A stretch of 64,000 nt of DNA from Pristiophorus japonicus (GCF_044704955.1 NC_091997.1:28272001-28336000), one strand, 5' to 3'; numbered from the stretch's first letter, positions 1-12,799 are shown. Notes: generated by a model from the sequence alone, not told the origin. Numbers and translations: made by a program.

Positions 1-574
1 TAACCATGTTTCCCAAACTAAGGAACTTTTCACATGATGTATCTTTGTTCTATAACACAGAAAATCTTAAAAATACACAATTAAAACAGCAGCAGATATC
101 TCCAATTGCATTTCTAAAGTAACTGAAGTGACATTTGCTTGGTAGAACAATTGCATAGGTTGAGCACACAGATGGATCTTGTTAGTGAGAACTTATCAGG
201 TCCATTCCAAACTCTTAACATTTCTTATCATCTTGACTGGCCATAGTGTAAGCTAACACTTTTAGAAACCTGTTAGCATGAAATGATAAGTTACCATAAA
301 TGTATCTTAATTTAACCAAAAAGATGTTAACAGATTAAACCTTTAGTATAGCAGTTTTCTGTGACCTATTTAGCTATCGGAAAAAGTATGTGACTTTTGG
401 ATCTTTTCCACACCACTGATCCTTTGGTGAAGCTAATCATGAAAACAGTTACTGATATGTCTAAAAACCCAGATGTAGACATACTTTCAAGTTCCGTTTT
501 TTTGCAAATCTGTTTTTTAAAATTTTTCCATTATATAATTGCACAATTAAATTAATGGTCAAAATACTAAAATC

Positions 575-680
575 AGAAACAACAGCAGAGAATGATGGAA
601 ACATACAGCAGGCCAGGCAGCATCTGTGGAGAGAAGAGGCGAGTTAACGTTTGGAGTATCGCCCCCTTCATCAGAATGGA
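575..680 (-). mobile_element. Penelope-like element terminal repeat remnant with degenerate hammerhead-like core
   Basis: Minus strand reads CTGATGA-agggggcgatactc-CAAACGTTAACT...ctccacagatgctgcctggcctgctg. The same terminal motif family recurs at 19093-19127 and 27971-28020. The GAAA core is mutated to CAAA. Confidence 0.55.
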
Positions 681-830
681 TTGTGATAGTTGCAAACTGT
701 TGGCGCATTTCCCATGCTTGTGACAACAGTTCTCAAATATCAAAGGGCTAATGTGAAAATATTTCTATATTGTCTGGCAATTGCTCCTATAATGCCCCAG
801 TCACCTAGAACAGCAAGGGCTCTTCCATTC

Positions 831-1955
831 CATCATCATCATCATAGGCAGTCCCTCGGAGTTGAAGATGACTTGCTTCCACTCTAAAAGTGAGTTCTCA
901 GGTGACTGAGGAGTCCAATGCGGGAATTACAGTCTCTGTCACAGGTGGGGCATACAGTGGTTGAAGGAAAGGGTGGTCGGGGAGCCTGGGTTGATGCACG
1001 CTCCTTCTGCAGTCTACGCTTGGTTTCTGCATGCTCTTGGCGACGAGACTCGAGGTGCTCAGCGCCCTCTCGGATGCTCTTCCTCCACTTTGGGTGGTCA
1101 TGGGCCGGGGATTCCCAGGAGTCAGTGGGGATGTTACACTTTGTCAAGGAGGCTTTGAGGGTGTCCTTGAAGCGTTTTCTCTGCCCACCTGGGGCTCGCT
1201 TGGCGTGTAGAAGCTCCACGGAGAGTGCTTGCTTAAGGAGCCTTGTATCGGGCATGTGGACGATGTGGCCTGCCCAGCGAAGCTGATGAGCGTGGTCAAT
1301 GCTTCGATGCTGGGGATGTTGGCCTGAGCGAGAATACTGACGTTCGTGCGTCTGTCCTGCCAATGGATTTGCAGGATCTTGCGGAAGCAGAGCTGGTAAC
1401 ACTTCTCCAGCGTTTTGAGGTGTCTGCTGTATATAATCCACATCTCTGAGCCATATTGGAGGGCGGGTATCACTACTGCCCTGTAGACCATGAGCTTGGT
1501 GCCGGATTTGAGGTCCTAGTTCTCAAACACTCTCTTCCTCAGGTGACCGAAGGCCGCGCTGGCACACTGAAGGCCTCGTCGTCAATGTCTGCTCTTGCTG
1601 AGAGTAGGCTCCTGAGGTATGGAAAATGGTCCACGTTGTCCAATGCCTCATTGTGGATTTTCATAGTCGGGGGGCAGTGGTGTGTGGCGGGATCAGGTTG
1701 GTAGAGGACCTTTGACTTGCGGATGTTTAGCATAAGGCCCCTGCTCTCGTATGCCTCGGTGAAGGTGTTGACGATGGCTTGGAGTTCGGCTTCCGAGTGC
1801 ACGCAGATGCAAACATCATCTGCGTACTGTAGTTCAATGACAGAGGATGGGACAACTTTGGATCTAGCCTGGAGGCGGCTGAGGTTGAACAGATTCTCAA
1901 CTGTTTTATAATTTAGCTCCACTCTGGCGGGAGCTTGCTAAGGGTGAGATGCTTG
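831..1955 (-). mobile_element. RTE-clade LINE, 5'-truncated (RT C-terminus, C2H2-like tail, (ATG)n 3' repeat)
   Basis: ORF fragments ELQYADD, LRWAGHIVHMPDTRL, CPTCDRDCNSRIGLLSHLRTH; catcatcat tail at 831-845; frameshifts. Confidence 0.9.
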
Positions 1956-2016
1956 CTTTTGACTGCTTAATCTCTTCCCAGGTGATTGCAGCTTCTAGTG
2001 CTTTTCTAAGCTATTG

Positions 2017-2220
2017 AGAACATAAGAACGTAAGAAATAGGAGCAGGAGTAGGCCATTTCTGCCCCTCGAGCCTGCTCCGCCATTCAATAAGATCATGGC
2101 TGATGTGATCTTGGCCTCAACTCCACTTCCCTGTCTGCTCCCCATAACCCTTGAATCTCTTATCATTCAAAAATCTGTCTAACTCCACCTTAAATATATT
2201 CAATGACCCAGCCTCCACTG
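2017..2220 (-). mobile_element. CR1 LINE 3' UTR fragment
   Basis: agaacataagaa tail; matches the 3' ends of RT-coding CR1 copies in this window, e.g. 13700-13873. Confidence 0.8.
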
Positions 2221-2389
2221 AGACAAGAAATTGGGAGTCCATGGTTCTTTTTTCCATTTCTATGTTTGGTGTGGTATTCTCAAGTCTTGCAGGATGAGCA
2301 CATGACCTAGCCCACTGAAATACTTGTGCTTTGTAAGTTGGCCTACTGGCAGCTGCTTTGATCCTTCTATGACTATTGTTCATATAGCG

Positions 2390-2845
2390 ACGCCATCCAG
2401 AACAAAGCAGCCTGCTTGATCGGCACCCCATCCACCACCTTAAACATTCACTCCCTCCACCACCAGTGCACCGTGGCTGCAGTGTGCACCATCTACAAGA
2501 TGCACTGCAGCAATTCGCCAAGGCTTCTTCGACAGCACCTCCCAAACCCGCGACCTCTACCATCTCGAAGGACAAGGGCAGCAAGCGCATGGGAACAGCA
2601 CTACCTCCAAGTTCCCCTCCAATTCACACACCATCCTGACTTGGAAATATATCGGCCGTTCCTTCATTATCGCTGGGTCAAAAATCCTAGAACTCCCTCC
2701 CTAATAGCACTGTGGGAGCACCTTCACCACACGGACTGCAGTGGTTCAAGAAGTTGGCTCACCATCAGCTTCTCAAGAGCAATTAGGGATGGGCAATAAA
2801 TGCTAGCCTTGCCAGCGATGCCCACATCCCAGGAACGAATAATAA
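2390..2845 (+). mobile_element. Non-LTR retrotransposon 3' end (family unassigned; other copies about 9310-9630 on - and 28150-28332 on +)
   Basis: Encodes a LINE ORF2-like C-terminus (DAIQNKAACLIG...SLHHQCTVAAVCTIYKMH); recurs three times; A-rich end. Confidence 0.7.
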
Positions 2846-2999
2846 AATGCAGATTTCTTTGGTGTCTTTTCCTCCTTCTGAAGGCAGGGATGCTGCTATA
2901 TTTATATTTGCTATTTGCTACTGGCTTCCCTTGGATAATTGGAAGCAAGCAGTTAATCGAAGATGAGATGGGGCCAGTAATGTAGAAAAATCACTACCT

Positions 3000-3690
3000 G
3001 TCAGTCTGGCTTGGCGGTAGCACTCTTGCCTCTGACACAGAAGTTTGTGGGTTCAAGCCCTATTCCCAGGATTGACCACATAAATCTGGCCTGACACTTC
3101 AGTGCAATACTGTAGGAGGTGCTGACTTTCTAAAGAGGTGTTAAACTGAGGTCCTGCCCTGCTTATTTAAGTGAACATAAAAGATCCCATGGCACTGTTT
3201 GAAGAGCAGGGGTGTCGTGCTGGCCAGTATTAATTCCTCAGTCAGCGACACCACCACCAAAACAGATTAACTGGTCATTTGCTGTTTGTAGGACCTTGCT
3301 ATGCAATATTTGGCCGCTCCATTTGCCCACAAAACAATAAATTGTCTGTAAAGTGCTTTGGGATGGTCTGAACACATGGGTAATGAATGTACCCGCGATC
3401 ATGCTCACAGGCTTGTGGAGCTGTTACACTGTGAGTGGCTTAGCCAGTCACGTGATCTTCACAAGACTCAATAAAACCCCAGTTAATTACATCCAGGGTC
3501 TCCACGATGAGGTATGCAGTTGTGAGCCTGGTGAATGAACTGGAAGGATTCAGTTTGATTGTTAAACCTTTGCTAATAAACACAGCTAGTTCTTTACAGC
3601 AAATGTGTAACTGTGAATTCTTAAGCAAACAGCCCATGAAGCAAATACACTACAACATGAAAGGTGCTACGTAAATACAAGTTTTTTCTT
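3000..3690 (+). mobile_element. DeuSINE/SacSINE1-like tRNA-derived SINE, interrupted by a solo LTR
   Basis: tRNA-like head with B box (gggttcaagccc), Deu-domain-like aaaagatcccatggcact, L2-like tail resuming after 3654. Confidence 0.75.
3379..3654 (+). mobile_element. Solo LTR (276 bp)
   Basis: Flanked by 5-bp TSD ACATG (3374-3378 and 3655-3659); ends ...TACA; contains AATAAA; homologous to 5805-6079. Confidence 0.8.
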
Positions 3691-4329
3691 TCTTTAAAAG
3701 CAAAAAATAAACATCAGCAAGAGTAGAATGTAATCCAATATTCCAAGTGCAATTTACCAGCAGCCTTACTACCCATCCCATAATACAATGCGCAGTATAC
3801 TTGACATTGTCTAGAAGGAAATACACTTAAAAGGGTTGAGGTCAAATAGACAAATCTTGGTGCGAACAAAACCAAAAGTTCTTTCTCCTTGTTGAGGGTT
3901 TCATTGTATTAACAAGGTTTGATCTCTATTGCCTTGTATAGGAAATAGTTCGGGACCATCTGATGAAGCCCTTAATATCAGGTAGTTCTCATTGCTAAAG
4001 TTTTCACTAGCAAGGCTCATCTGTGTTTTGCAATATTTAATGTTGTATTTTAACATCAAGGAATATTACAAAATTAATTGTATGCAAGACAATAATTTAC
4101 ATTTAGAGTTTCCTTTGAATGTGTTTAATGCTCCACAATTGTTTGCTGTTGCTATGCAGCTTTATCTGAATTATTCTGTTTGCTTTCATGTCATTTGTAA
4201 ATCTTGCTGTGTAATTGGGGTGTTTTTTTCCAAATTCATATGCAATGGTCAGAATTGCGATGAAAATAGTCATGAGTGCTGTTTTTCAATTTTGTTTGGG
4301 ATTAAATGAGAAATTCTTACAAATAAAAA

Positions 4330-4755
4330 GAAAAAGAAAGTTTTGCATTTATATATCACCTTTCACAAGCACCGGACATCTCAAAATGCTTTACAGCCAA
4401 ATGTGTAAGCACTGTTGTAATGTGGGAAACGTGGCAGCCAATTTGCACACAGCAAGCTCCCACAAACAGCAATGTGATAATGACCAGATAATCTGCTTTT
4501 GTTATGTTGATTGAGAGATAAATATTGACCAGGACATCGGGGATAACTTCCCAGCTCTTCTTCGAAATAGTGCCACGGGATCTTTTACATCGACCTGAGA
4601 GAGCAGAAGTCTCATCCAACAATGCAGCACTCCTTCAGCACTGCACTGGGAGTGTCAGCTTAGATTTATGTGCTCAAGTCCCTGGAGTGGGACTTGAACC
4701 CACAACCTTCTGACTCAGAGATGAGTTTGCTGACCACTGAGCCACAACTGACACC
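4330..4755 (-). mobile_element. DeuSINE/SacSINE1-like SINE
   Basis: Reverse complement of the SINE seen full length at 22755-23220. Confidence 0.85.
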
Positions 4756-5710
4756 TGAAAGCAAAATTAATTTGAGTTTATGAGCTGTAAATTGCAAAAC
4801 CAATCTCCAACGGTGGTGTGATATGTAACAACAACCACTATACTTCAGTATAATTCATTGAGTATGAAATACTCTGAATGATGTTTGAGAGATGTGATTT
4901 GAGCACTTTATACATTTATTTTCTTGCTCTTTAAAACATATGGGCAGAAATGCATCCTTTTGATATTTTAGGGAACAAACATACAGTTCTATTTACTGAA
5001 GCTTATATATGATCCAATGCAAACAAAAATTAAATGTATTAAAATAATGTGTGCATAATACTATATAATGCATATTGCCCATCTATCCTGCAACTCCATC
5101 AATAAATATCTCTAATCACATTTCCACACTGAAACGGCCCTAACAAAAGTCACATTCTCTGTGACTGTGACCATGTGCATGATTTCTCCTCATCCTCCTC
5201 AACTTCTCTGCAGACTTTGAGATGGCTGGTCCATCGCCTATCCTCTGTTGGACTGTTCTTGCTTGGTTTCATTCTTACTCATCCGATTGTAGACAGGCCA
5301 TTTCCAGAGTGGCTTTTCTTGTCATCCCCCACTGTTACCTCCAGAGTTCCCAAGCGACCTGTTCTTGGCCTCCTCCTCTTCCTCATCTACATGCTGCCTC
5401 TTGGTGACATCATCTGCGGGCATGGAATCAGCTGCCACTGATAACAACCAGCTCTATCTCTCTACCACTTCCCTCAACCAGTCCACTGCATCTGTGTTGT
5501 CAGAGTGTCATCTGATGTGTAGTCTTGGATGGGCTGAAATTTCCTCCAATTAAACATTGGAAGGGCTGGAGGCACCGCCTTCAGCCCCAGCCACAAACTC
5601 CGTACCCTCACCACTGATTCCAGCACACCACCCGCCACCCATAAATTATCTCAGGCTGAACTGGATAGCTTGTAATCTCAGCATCCTTAACACAAAGTTA
5701 AGCTTCTGAC

Positions 5711-5768
5711 CGCTGTTCCCACTTACCTTTTTTTGGGTGCGCAGCCCTGCACATTATAGGGAACGTTG
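5711..5768. mobile_element. 58-bp hAT-type MITE
   Basis: 8-bp TSD CTTCTGAC (5703-5710 and 5769-5776); imperfect TIRs cgctgttccc / gggaacgttg. Confidence 0.7.
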
Positions 5769-5804
5769 CTTCTGACCCTAAATCCCCTCCATCATAAAGA
5801 CCGC

Positions 5805-6079
5805 TGTAATGTATCTGCTTCATGGGTTCTTTGCTTAAGAATTCATAGCAACACATTGCTATTAAGAACTAGTTGATTTATTAGCAAAGGTTCAACAATC
5901 ACACTACACATTACCAGTTCACCCACCAGGCTCACAACCACCTGCCTCATCATGGACACCCTGAACCCCAACTGGCTGGGGTTTTATTGAGTCTTGTGAA
6001 CATCACGTGACTGGCTAAGCCACTCCCAACTCAACAGCTCTGCCAGCCTGTGAGCAAACTCACAGGTGCGTACATTACA
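5805..6079 (-). mobile_element. Solo LTR (275 bp), same family as 3379-3654
   Basis: TGTAATGTA...TACATTACA termini; flanks ACCGC/ACTAC read as a decayed 5-bp TSD; inserted in L2. Confidence 0.8.
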
Positions 6080-7429
6080 ACTACCTACTTCCACCTCTTG
6101 TCACATCACTCGCCACCGCCTCAGTTCATCTGCCATTGCAACCTTCATTCATGCCTTAGTCACTTCCAGACTCAACTGTTCCAATGATTTCTTGGCTGGC
6201 CTCCCATTATTCACCTGTCGTTAAACTTCAGCTTGTTCAAAACTCTATGGTTCGTATCCTATCCCGCACCAACTCTCACTCTGCCATCTTGCTGATGTAC
6301 ATTGGCTCCTGGTCTCCTAAAACCCTACATATGACCCCACATCCACTGGTTCTCCCTTGTCCATTCTACTAGTTACATCCTCAAAAAATTCTAGAAGATT
6401 TGTCAAGCCTGATTTCCCTTTCATAAATCCATGCTGACTTGGACCGATCCTGTCACTGCTTTCCAAATGCGCTACTATTACATCTTTAATAATTGATCTA
6501 CTACTGCTCCTATTTTCTATGTTGTAAACTCATACTGAAAAGGTAAATGGAATTGGCTGAATAAGTGTGAGAGAGTAATTTCCACAATCACTTCTTAACT
6601 GATTTCAGTAGATTTCAGTCTGTCATTTTAGCAGCAGAATGTAGTCCATTTAGAAAAAAATTCTCATGTGTGTGATGCAATGAAAATGAACAGCCATATT
6701 CCAGCTATAATTGATAACGGAATGACTTTAGCCAACCAACCGGAAGTTACCGGAAGCTGCGCAGAAGCATTCTGTCAGGTCCCAAATTTTAAAAATAACA
6801 TTCACAACAGACGGTTTGGGTGAATGCCAACTCTAGCGGGTTTTTTCCCTTGCTGGAAATAATTTTATTATAAAGAAACGTAAATAAAATTAAAAACACG
6901 CAGGCCCGACAGCAAGCGGCGGGGCAGTTAATTAAGGCTGTTAACCGGTAGTTGAATGCTACTTAAGAGGATTAAAAGCAGGCACTTACAATTTTACTAA
7001 CCTTTTGACGGGCTTGCCATGCCTCAGAGAACACGCCAGGCAAGTGGAGTCGGGTTTTCAATGACTCTTCATCACTTTGGCTAGTTGTCAGCTGCAGAAG
7101 TGGTAAAAAAGCTACCATTTCACAGTTGTTCACTTTCCAATATCAGAAGCTCAAGCCTTCAGGATTTGGAAGAAACTTTTGAGCTGTATGAAGTTTGGAA
7201 GTGTTTGCAGTGAACTCTCTATTCGCTGTGATCTCCTTGGAGCAACCTCTCTCACCATTGATAAACCTGTTCTGTCATCTCAACCTCACCTGCCATCTAT
7301 TCCAGCAGCACGGTGCCCTTGAAAAAATCTCACCTTGCTCCACAGAATCCCACCCCGATCAGCCCCAACACCGACATCACCAGGCACACCAGCAACACCA
7401 ATTGGAGTCGAGGATGACTTAAAAGTACT

Positions 7430-7760
7430 TAGAGAATCATAGAACAGTACAGCACAGAAGGAGGCCATTCGGCCCATCGAGTCTGCACTGTATCTTTCGA
7501 ACAGCAATCCAGTCAGTCCCTCCCCGGCTCTTTCCCCATATCCCTATATTCTTTTCTCCTTCAAGTATTTACCCAATTCCTTTTTGAAGACTACTATTGA
7601 ATCTGTATCCACCGCCCTATCAGGCAATTGTGTTTAAAGGTTTTTGTTCATGTCATTTGCTCTTGTTCATTTGTCAATCACCATAGATCTGTACTCTCTC
7701 ATTATCTTTATTTACTCTAAATCCTTCATGATTTTAAACACCTCTATCAAATCTCCTCTA
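7430..7760 (-). mobile_element. CR1 LINE 3' fragment
   Basis: agaatcatagaa tail and sequence matching the reverse complement of CR1 ends at 18000-18345 and 46000-46387. Confidence 0.7.
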
Positions 7761-7809
7761 AACGCCGCCTTTTTCGTGCCTAAAAAAAGCATATAAAACA
7801 GGAACTAAC

Positions 7810-8080
7810 AAAAGAAAGATTTGCATTTATTTAGCGCCTTTCACTAGGGTAGCACTCTAGCTTCTGAGTCAGAAAGTTGGGTCCACCTGAGAGAGCAGAG
7901 ACGGGGCCTCAGTTTAACATCTCATCCGAAAGATGGCACCTCCAACAGTGCAGCACTCCCTCAGTATTGTCCTGGAGTGTCAGCCTAGACTTCTGTGCTC
8001 AAGTCTCTGGAACGGGACTTGAACCCACAATGTTCTGACTCTGAGGCGAGAGTGCTACCCACTGCGCCATGTCTGACACC
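7810..8080 (-). mobile_element. DeuSINE/SacSINE1-like SINE, internally rearranged
   Basis: Minus-strand head at 7890-8080 and tail at 7810-7845, with a short + strand head fragment between. Confidence 0.75.
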
Positions 8081-8206
8081 AACATAGTTGGAGCAACTGA
8101 TCCCCCAGCGTTTAATATTTGGAGCGTCTTGTCAGTTTATTGATATAACATGCTGGCTGCCAGCCTGCTTGTCCTTTGCAGTCAATTCAACTTGTTAATG
8201 TTCAAG

Positions 8207-8452
8207 GCATCATCATCATCATCATAGGTGGTCCCTCGTATCGAGGATGACTTACTTCCACGCCAAAAAGGGATGAGTTCACAGGTGTTTCAATGAAGGA
8301 CCTAATATTCCAGGTCCCAAACTACATGTTGAAGGGTGGAAGATGCCCGTGCATGGATTTTTTTAACATGTGGTGGCCGTTGCACACCAGCCACCATAGA
8401 GGCTTGTCAGAGCTAGGTCTTGGTCCAGTGGCAAGGATTAACCAAGATGACT
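8207..8452 (-). mobile_element. RTE-related 3' end or RTE-dependent short element
   Basis: (CAT)n tail and RTE-like terminal motif; homologous to the + strand copy at 62540-62798. Confidence 0.65.
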
Positions 8453-9809
8453 CATCAGCCACAACAGCATGGCAACTTTGAATCAGCTGATTTCACTGGC
8501 TGCACAGGACAGTTGGGCTGTTGATTGGCAAGTCACAGCAATGAGTCGGTCCAGACTAAGTCAAAAGCAATTCATAAAATCATCGAATAATACAGCACGG
8601 AAAGAGCTCATTCGGCCCATCGTGCCTGTGTACTGGCTCTTTGAAAGAACTATCCTATTAGTCCAACTCACCTGCCTTTTCTCCATAGCCCTGCAGATTG
8701 GTGCAGGATTGTTGTCACTATCAGGAATCAGGCAGACAAGTAGAGAAAAGCAGACAGAATATCAGGAATTAGGCAGGCAAAAGGGGCTAGCAAAGCAGTG
8801 GGAATCGGGTAGATGGGCAGCAAGCAGAGGCAAATACTCTGAGCTGCAGTTTTGTTTTGCCCAAGTCTGCAGCTGTCACAACTTAATTTGCTTTTATCTC
8901 TTTTACTCTTTTCAATCTTGCTGATATTCTTCACTATGGGCCTTGACTGTTCACAATAGAGTCATTATCACATTGCTGTTTGTAGAAGCTTACTTGTGCG
9001 CAAATTGGCTGCCGTGTTTCCTACATTATAACAGTGACTACACTCCCAAAATACTCCATTGGCTGTAAAGCACTTTGAGAGGTGCTATATTAATGCAAGT
9101 CTTTCTTTCTTTATAATAAGGCCTCAAGGATAGGTCCATCTTCATCTCTTTATCTCTGCAGTTTACTATTGTTTTTCTCTCCTTCCTTATTTGTTCATCT
9201 GTCCTACCTTACCTTCATCAATCCTGTCCCATCATTTCCTCTGCCTCATTCTGGCTTCCAATGTTGATCTTTGCCTTTCTCATCAGCTGTTTATGGGACC
9301 TTGCTGTATTATTTTCTTTATTTGTTCATGGGATGTGGGCATCGCTGGCAAGGCCAGCATTTATTGCCCCTCCCTAATTGTCCTTGAAAAGGTGATGGTG
9401 AGCCGCCTTCTTAAACCGCTGCAGTCCGAGTGGTGAAGGTGCTTCCACAGTGCTGTTAGGGAGGAAGTGCCAGGATTTTGACCCAGCGTCAATGAAGGAA
9501 CAGCCAATATATTTCCAAGTCAGGATGGTGTGTGACTTGAAAGGGAACTTGGAGGTGATGGTGTTCCCATGCGCCTGCTGCCCTTGTCCTTCTAGGTGGT
9601 AGAGGTTGTGGGTTTGGGAGGTGTGCTATGGGACAGGACGTCATGTGACACCACATAAATGGAAGCGTATTTCTTCTTCCTTCATTCCTTCCCTGAATCA
9701 ATTCATCTTTTTGTCTATTTGCACGCTCACCACCCTCCCATGTTTAAATCTCCCTGTGGATCAATTCCAGTGTCTGCTCTTTCTATTTCTCTGTACTCCT
9801 TCACATTTT

Positions 9810-10443
9810 GGGCTGGATTTTAGGCTTTTCTATTTTCGGGGGGAAACGGAGGCGGGGCGGGAAAGTTAGCGGCCGGGAATAGTTTGCGCCTCAGTAAGTA
9901 AGTTTAGGTATCTGGGCCCTGCGTCAGGGGGCGCAGCACTAAGGCAGGTGTTGTACACCTCTCATGGCGCGAGGATGGGAAACTCCCGAGCTAAAGAGCC
10001 GGGCCGGGAGTGCTCCGAGAGACGCTTGGGGGGGGGGGGGGGGAACGGAAAAAGCCCCCAGAAAACCCCCACAAAAACATTCCCAAAACATTGCCCACGC
10101 CACCACAACACAAATCTCTGAATAAATGAAAAGACAAAACAAATCACACTTACCTTAGGAGTCCACTACCGACCTCTTTGCCGATGGGATGGTTGGACCT
10201 GATTTCGCAGGCGGTCATTGCGAGGCACGCTTCCGGATGGACGGGTCGGGCAGGAGCGCAAACCCGCACCGGTGTTGCAACCAGGGACATTGCATGCCGG
10301 GCACTGCTCTTCTGGGCGGTGCTGCTCCGCGCCACCGCAAAACTGGGCCGGAGGATCGCAGCGGGGTGCTGAAGCCCACACTGTCGCCATTGCCACCGCT
10401 CCGGGCCGAAACCCAGAGCGCAGAAGACCGGAAAATCCAGCCC
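9810..10443. mobile_element. GC-rich MITE, probably PIF/Harbinger-type
   Basis: Perfect 12-bp TIR GGGCTGGATTTT / AAAATCCAGCCC; colinear homolog at 20738-21365; TSD not clear. Confidence 0.75.
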
Positions 10444-10539
10444 TAATTATTTATTTAATTACTTTTCTTGCTTGCGCTCTCTCTCTCTCTCGTTCTCTCC
10501 CCCCTCTTTCTTTCACATTCTGCTAGTCAAGTGCTCAAC

Positions 10540-10990
10540 TTTCAAGCACATCTGTCATTCTCCTGAACTAATGAATTAATCGGTGACAATATTACTCACC
10601 GTCAATCCGTGCGTTACATCTGCACAATTTACAGGTCATGTTCATCTTTGACATTTAAACTACTAATTGTAATGCAGCCAGAAACATGGCTTTATTGGGC
10701 AATGATTGGTTTAATCTCCCTCTACATCGCACCTCCTGGATAATGTGGCAAAGCAGTCACTTTTTACATTTTATTAAAAAATTGTCATTTTTCTTTTACT
10801 CGCTAGTAACATCTGTTTCCAATTGCACAGGAAAAGATGAATAGATAGTTATGCCGGATTAAAAGTAACAAATAATAAAAAATACATCAGTGCGATATTT
10901 TTAATCAGAGAAGTTCTCCCTCCTACATATAATTGTTCACTTAAATAACTAGTCAGACTTTGATTTACTAACTGACTGAAAGTGTTTTTT
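10540..10990. promoter_or_regulatory. Candidate distal pituitary enhancer of GH
   Basis: Repeat-free block with TAATGAATTAAT (10569-10580), AGGTCA (10633), TAATCT (10712), ATGAATA = Pit-1 core TATTCAT on - (10837-10843), GGATTA (10856). Motif evidence only. Confidence 0.3.
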
Positions 10991-11129
10991 TTAAAGCTAT
11001 TTAACTTAAAATAAGATGCAATAAAAACCTATGCTGGTGTGAACCTTTTAAAGAGATCTGTCCAATTGTAGGTTAAAGATGCATTTACACTCCAATCTCC
11101 GTTTGGGCACTGACCCCAAATGTATCCAA

Positions 11130-11512
11130 TTTTAGTGTTGGTTTTAACATTCTCATCCTTTTTCAATCCCTCCTTGGCCTCGGCCATCCCTATCTCTGTA
11201 ATCTCCTCCAGCCCCACAACCCTCCGAGATATCTGCTCTCCTCCAATTCTGGCCTGGAGAATCCCTGATTTAATCGCTCAACCATTGGTGGGCTGCCAAG
11301 GCTCCCTCCTTAAATCTCTCCGCCTCTGTGCCTCTCTTTCCTCCTTTAAGATGCTCCTTAAAACCTACCCCTTTGAGCAAGCTTTTGGTCATCTGCCGGA
11401 ATTTCTTCTTATGTGGCTCGGTGTCAAATTTTGTTTTATAACGCTCCTGTGAAGCATCTTGGAATGTTTTACTGCATTAAAGGCACTATATAAATACAAG
11501 TTGTTGTTGTTG
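11130..11512 (+). mobile_element. L2 LINE 3' end
   Basis: Ends ...ggcactatataaatacaagttgttgttgtt; homologs on - at 23600-24010 and 24190-24535. Confidence 0.75.
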
Positions 11513-12049
11513 GTTCAAAGCAGAGACCATTTTGCACACACGCTAAGGTTGTGTAACTACAGCCTAAATATTAGCTGTAGCTGGGCTTGCTGACTAGAGT
11601 CCATTCATTAAACTACGTTAAAACTATAGCTATCTATGTGAGACCAGGATCTGCTCGCTGTGATTTGCAGTCAGGAGACGCTTGCTATATGTTACTGACC
11701 TGCGTGGAGGTGCAGTACCAACAGAACCCTGTGCTTGCAAACTTTGATGATAAATACACAGATCCCATTCTTTCCACTACTAATATATTTTAGGAGAGTG
11801 ATTGGAAGCATCTATTTTGTCTTAACATTAAAAAGATTTCATATGAAGTTTTAAAAATCCCAGAGTTGTCACAAAATAGGTACTTTTAAAATGCAGTTTG
11901 TACTAGGTGATAGTTATAAAGAAACTCAGAGCAGTTTGTGAAAACCTTTTTGTTTGTAGTGCTCTTATGGGTCAGATTGGAATCCAACACTCAGTTGTAT
12001 CGTTACTTCTGGTGGTGACATAAGTGCCAGTACAAATACACCTTGAGAA

Positions 12050-12600
12050 TTCTTGTGTCCTGGGCCAATATTTATCCCTCAATCAACATCACAAAAACAG
12101 ATTAATTTGGTCACTATCACATTCTAGGAGCTTATGTCCTCTCCCAGACCGTGCTATATACCATGATTTGATCCCAGTGGCTCAGCGGGTAGCACTCTTG
12201 CCTCTGAGTCAGAAGGGGTAGGTTCAAATCCCACTCCAGATAGCCAAGCACAAAAATCTAGGTTGACACTCCAGTGCAGTACTGAGGGAGTGCTGCACTG
12301 TCAGAGGTGCTGTCTTTCAGGTGGACATAAATGATACCATGGCACTATTTCGAAGAAGAGCAGAGGAGTTATCCCCAGTGTCCTAGCAAATATTTATCCC
12401 TCAATCAACATCACAAAATCAGATTATCTGGTCATTGTATCACTACTGTTTGTGGAAGCTTGCTGTGCGCAAATTGGCTGCCGCGTTTCCTATATTACAA
12501 TTGTGATTACACTAAAAAAAGTACTTCATTGACTGTAAAGTGCTTTGTGGGGACATCCAGTGATCATGAAAGGAACAATATAAATGCAAGTTTTTCATTC
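12050..12600 (+). mobile_element. DeuSINE/SacSINE1-like SINE plus an upstream fragment
   Basis: Head gtggctcagcgggtagcactc, B box ggttcaaatccc, Deu-like domain, L2-like tail. Confidence 0.85.
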
Positions 12601-12799
12601 TGACATGGTTTCAGGAACTACATAGTAAATTTCAGAACTACACAGTAAAACTATTTTAACGACAAATGTGCATTTTTCAATACCTTTCCATACCCAAATA
12701 TTGTATTTACCTCATTTCAAAACCCTGGAGGGGAAATCACCTCTGAGTCCAAAGTGTAATATAATCCCGAATGTGTTAGTGAAGAACACTTAATGTAGA

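Larger units (their letters stand above)
5130..6330 (+). mobile_element. Degenerate L2 LINE RT region carrying nested insertions
   Basis: VTSRVPKRPVLGLLLFLIYMLPLGDII motif; homologous to 40610-41885. Confidence 0.75.

Noticed and set aside
9939-10526. Cluster of short GC-rich ORFs (also 20719-21397)
   Set aside because: They lie within MITE copies and the frames are not conserved between the two copies
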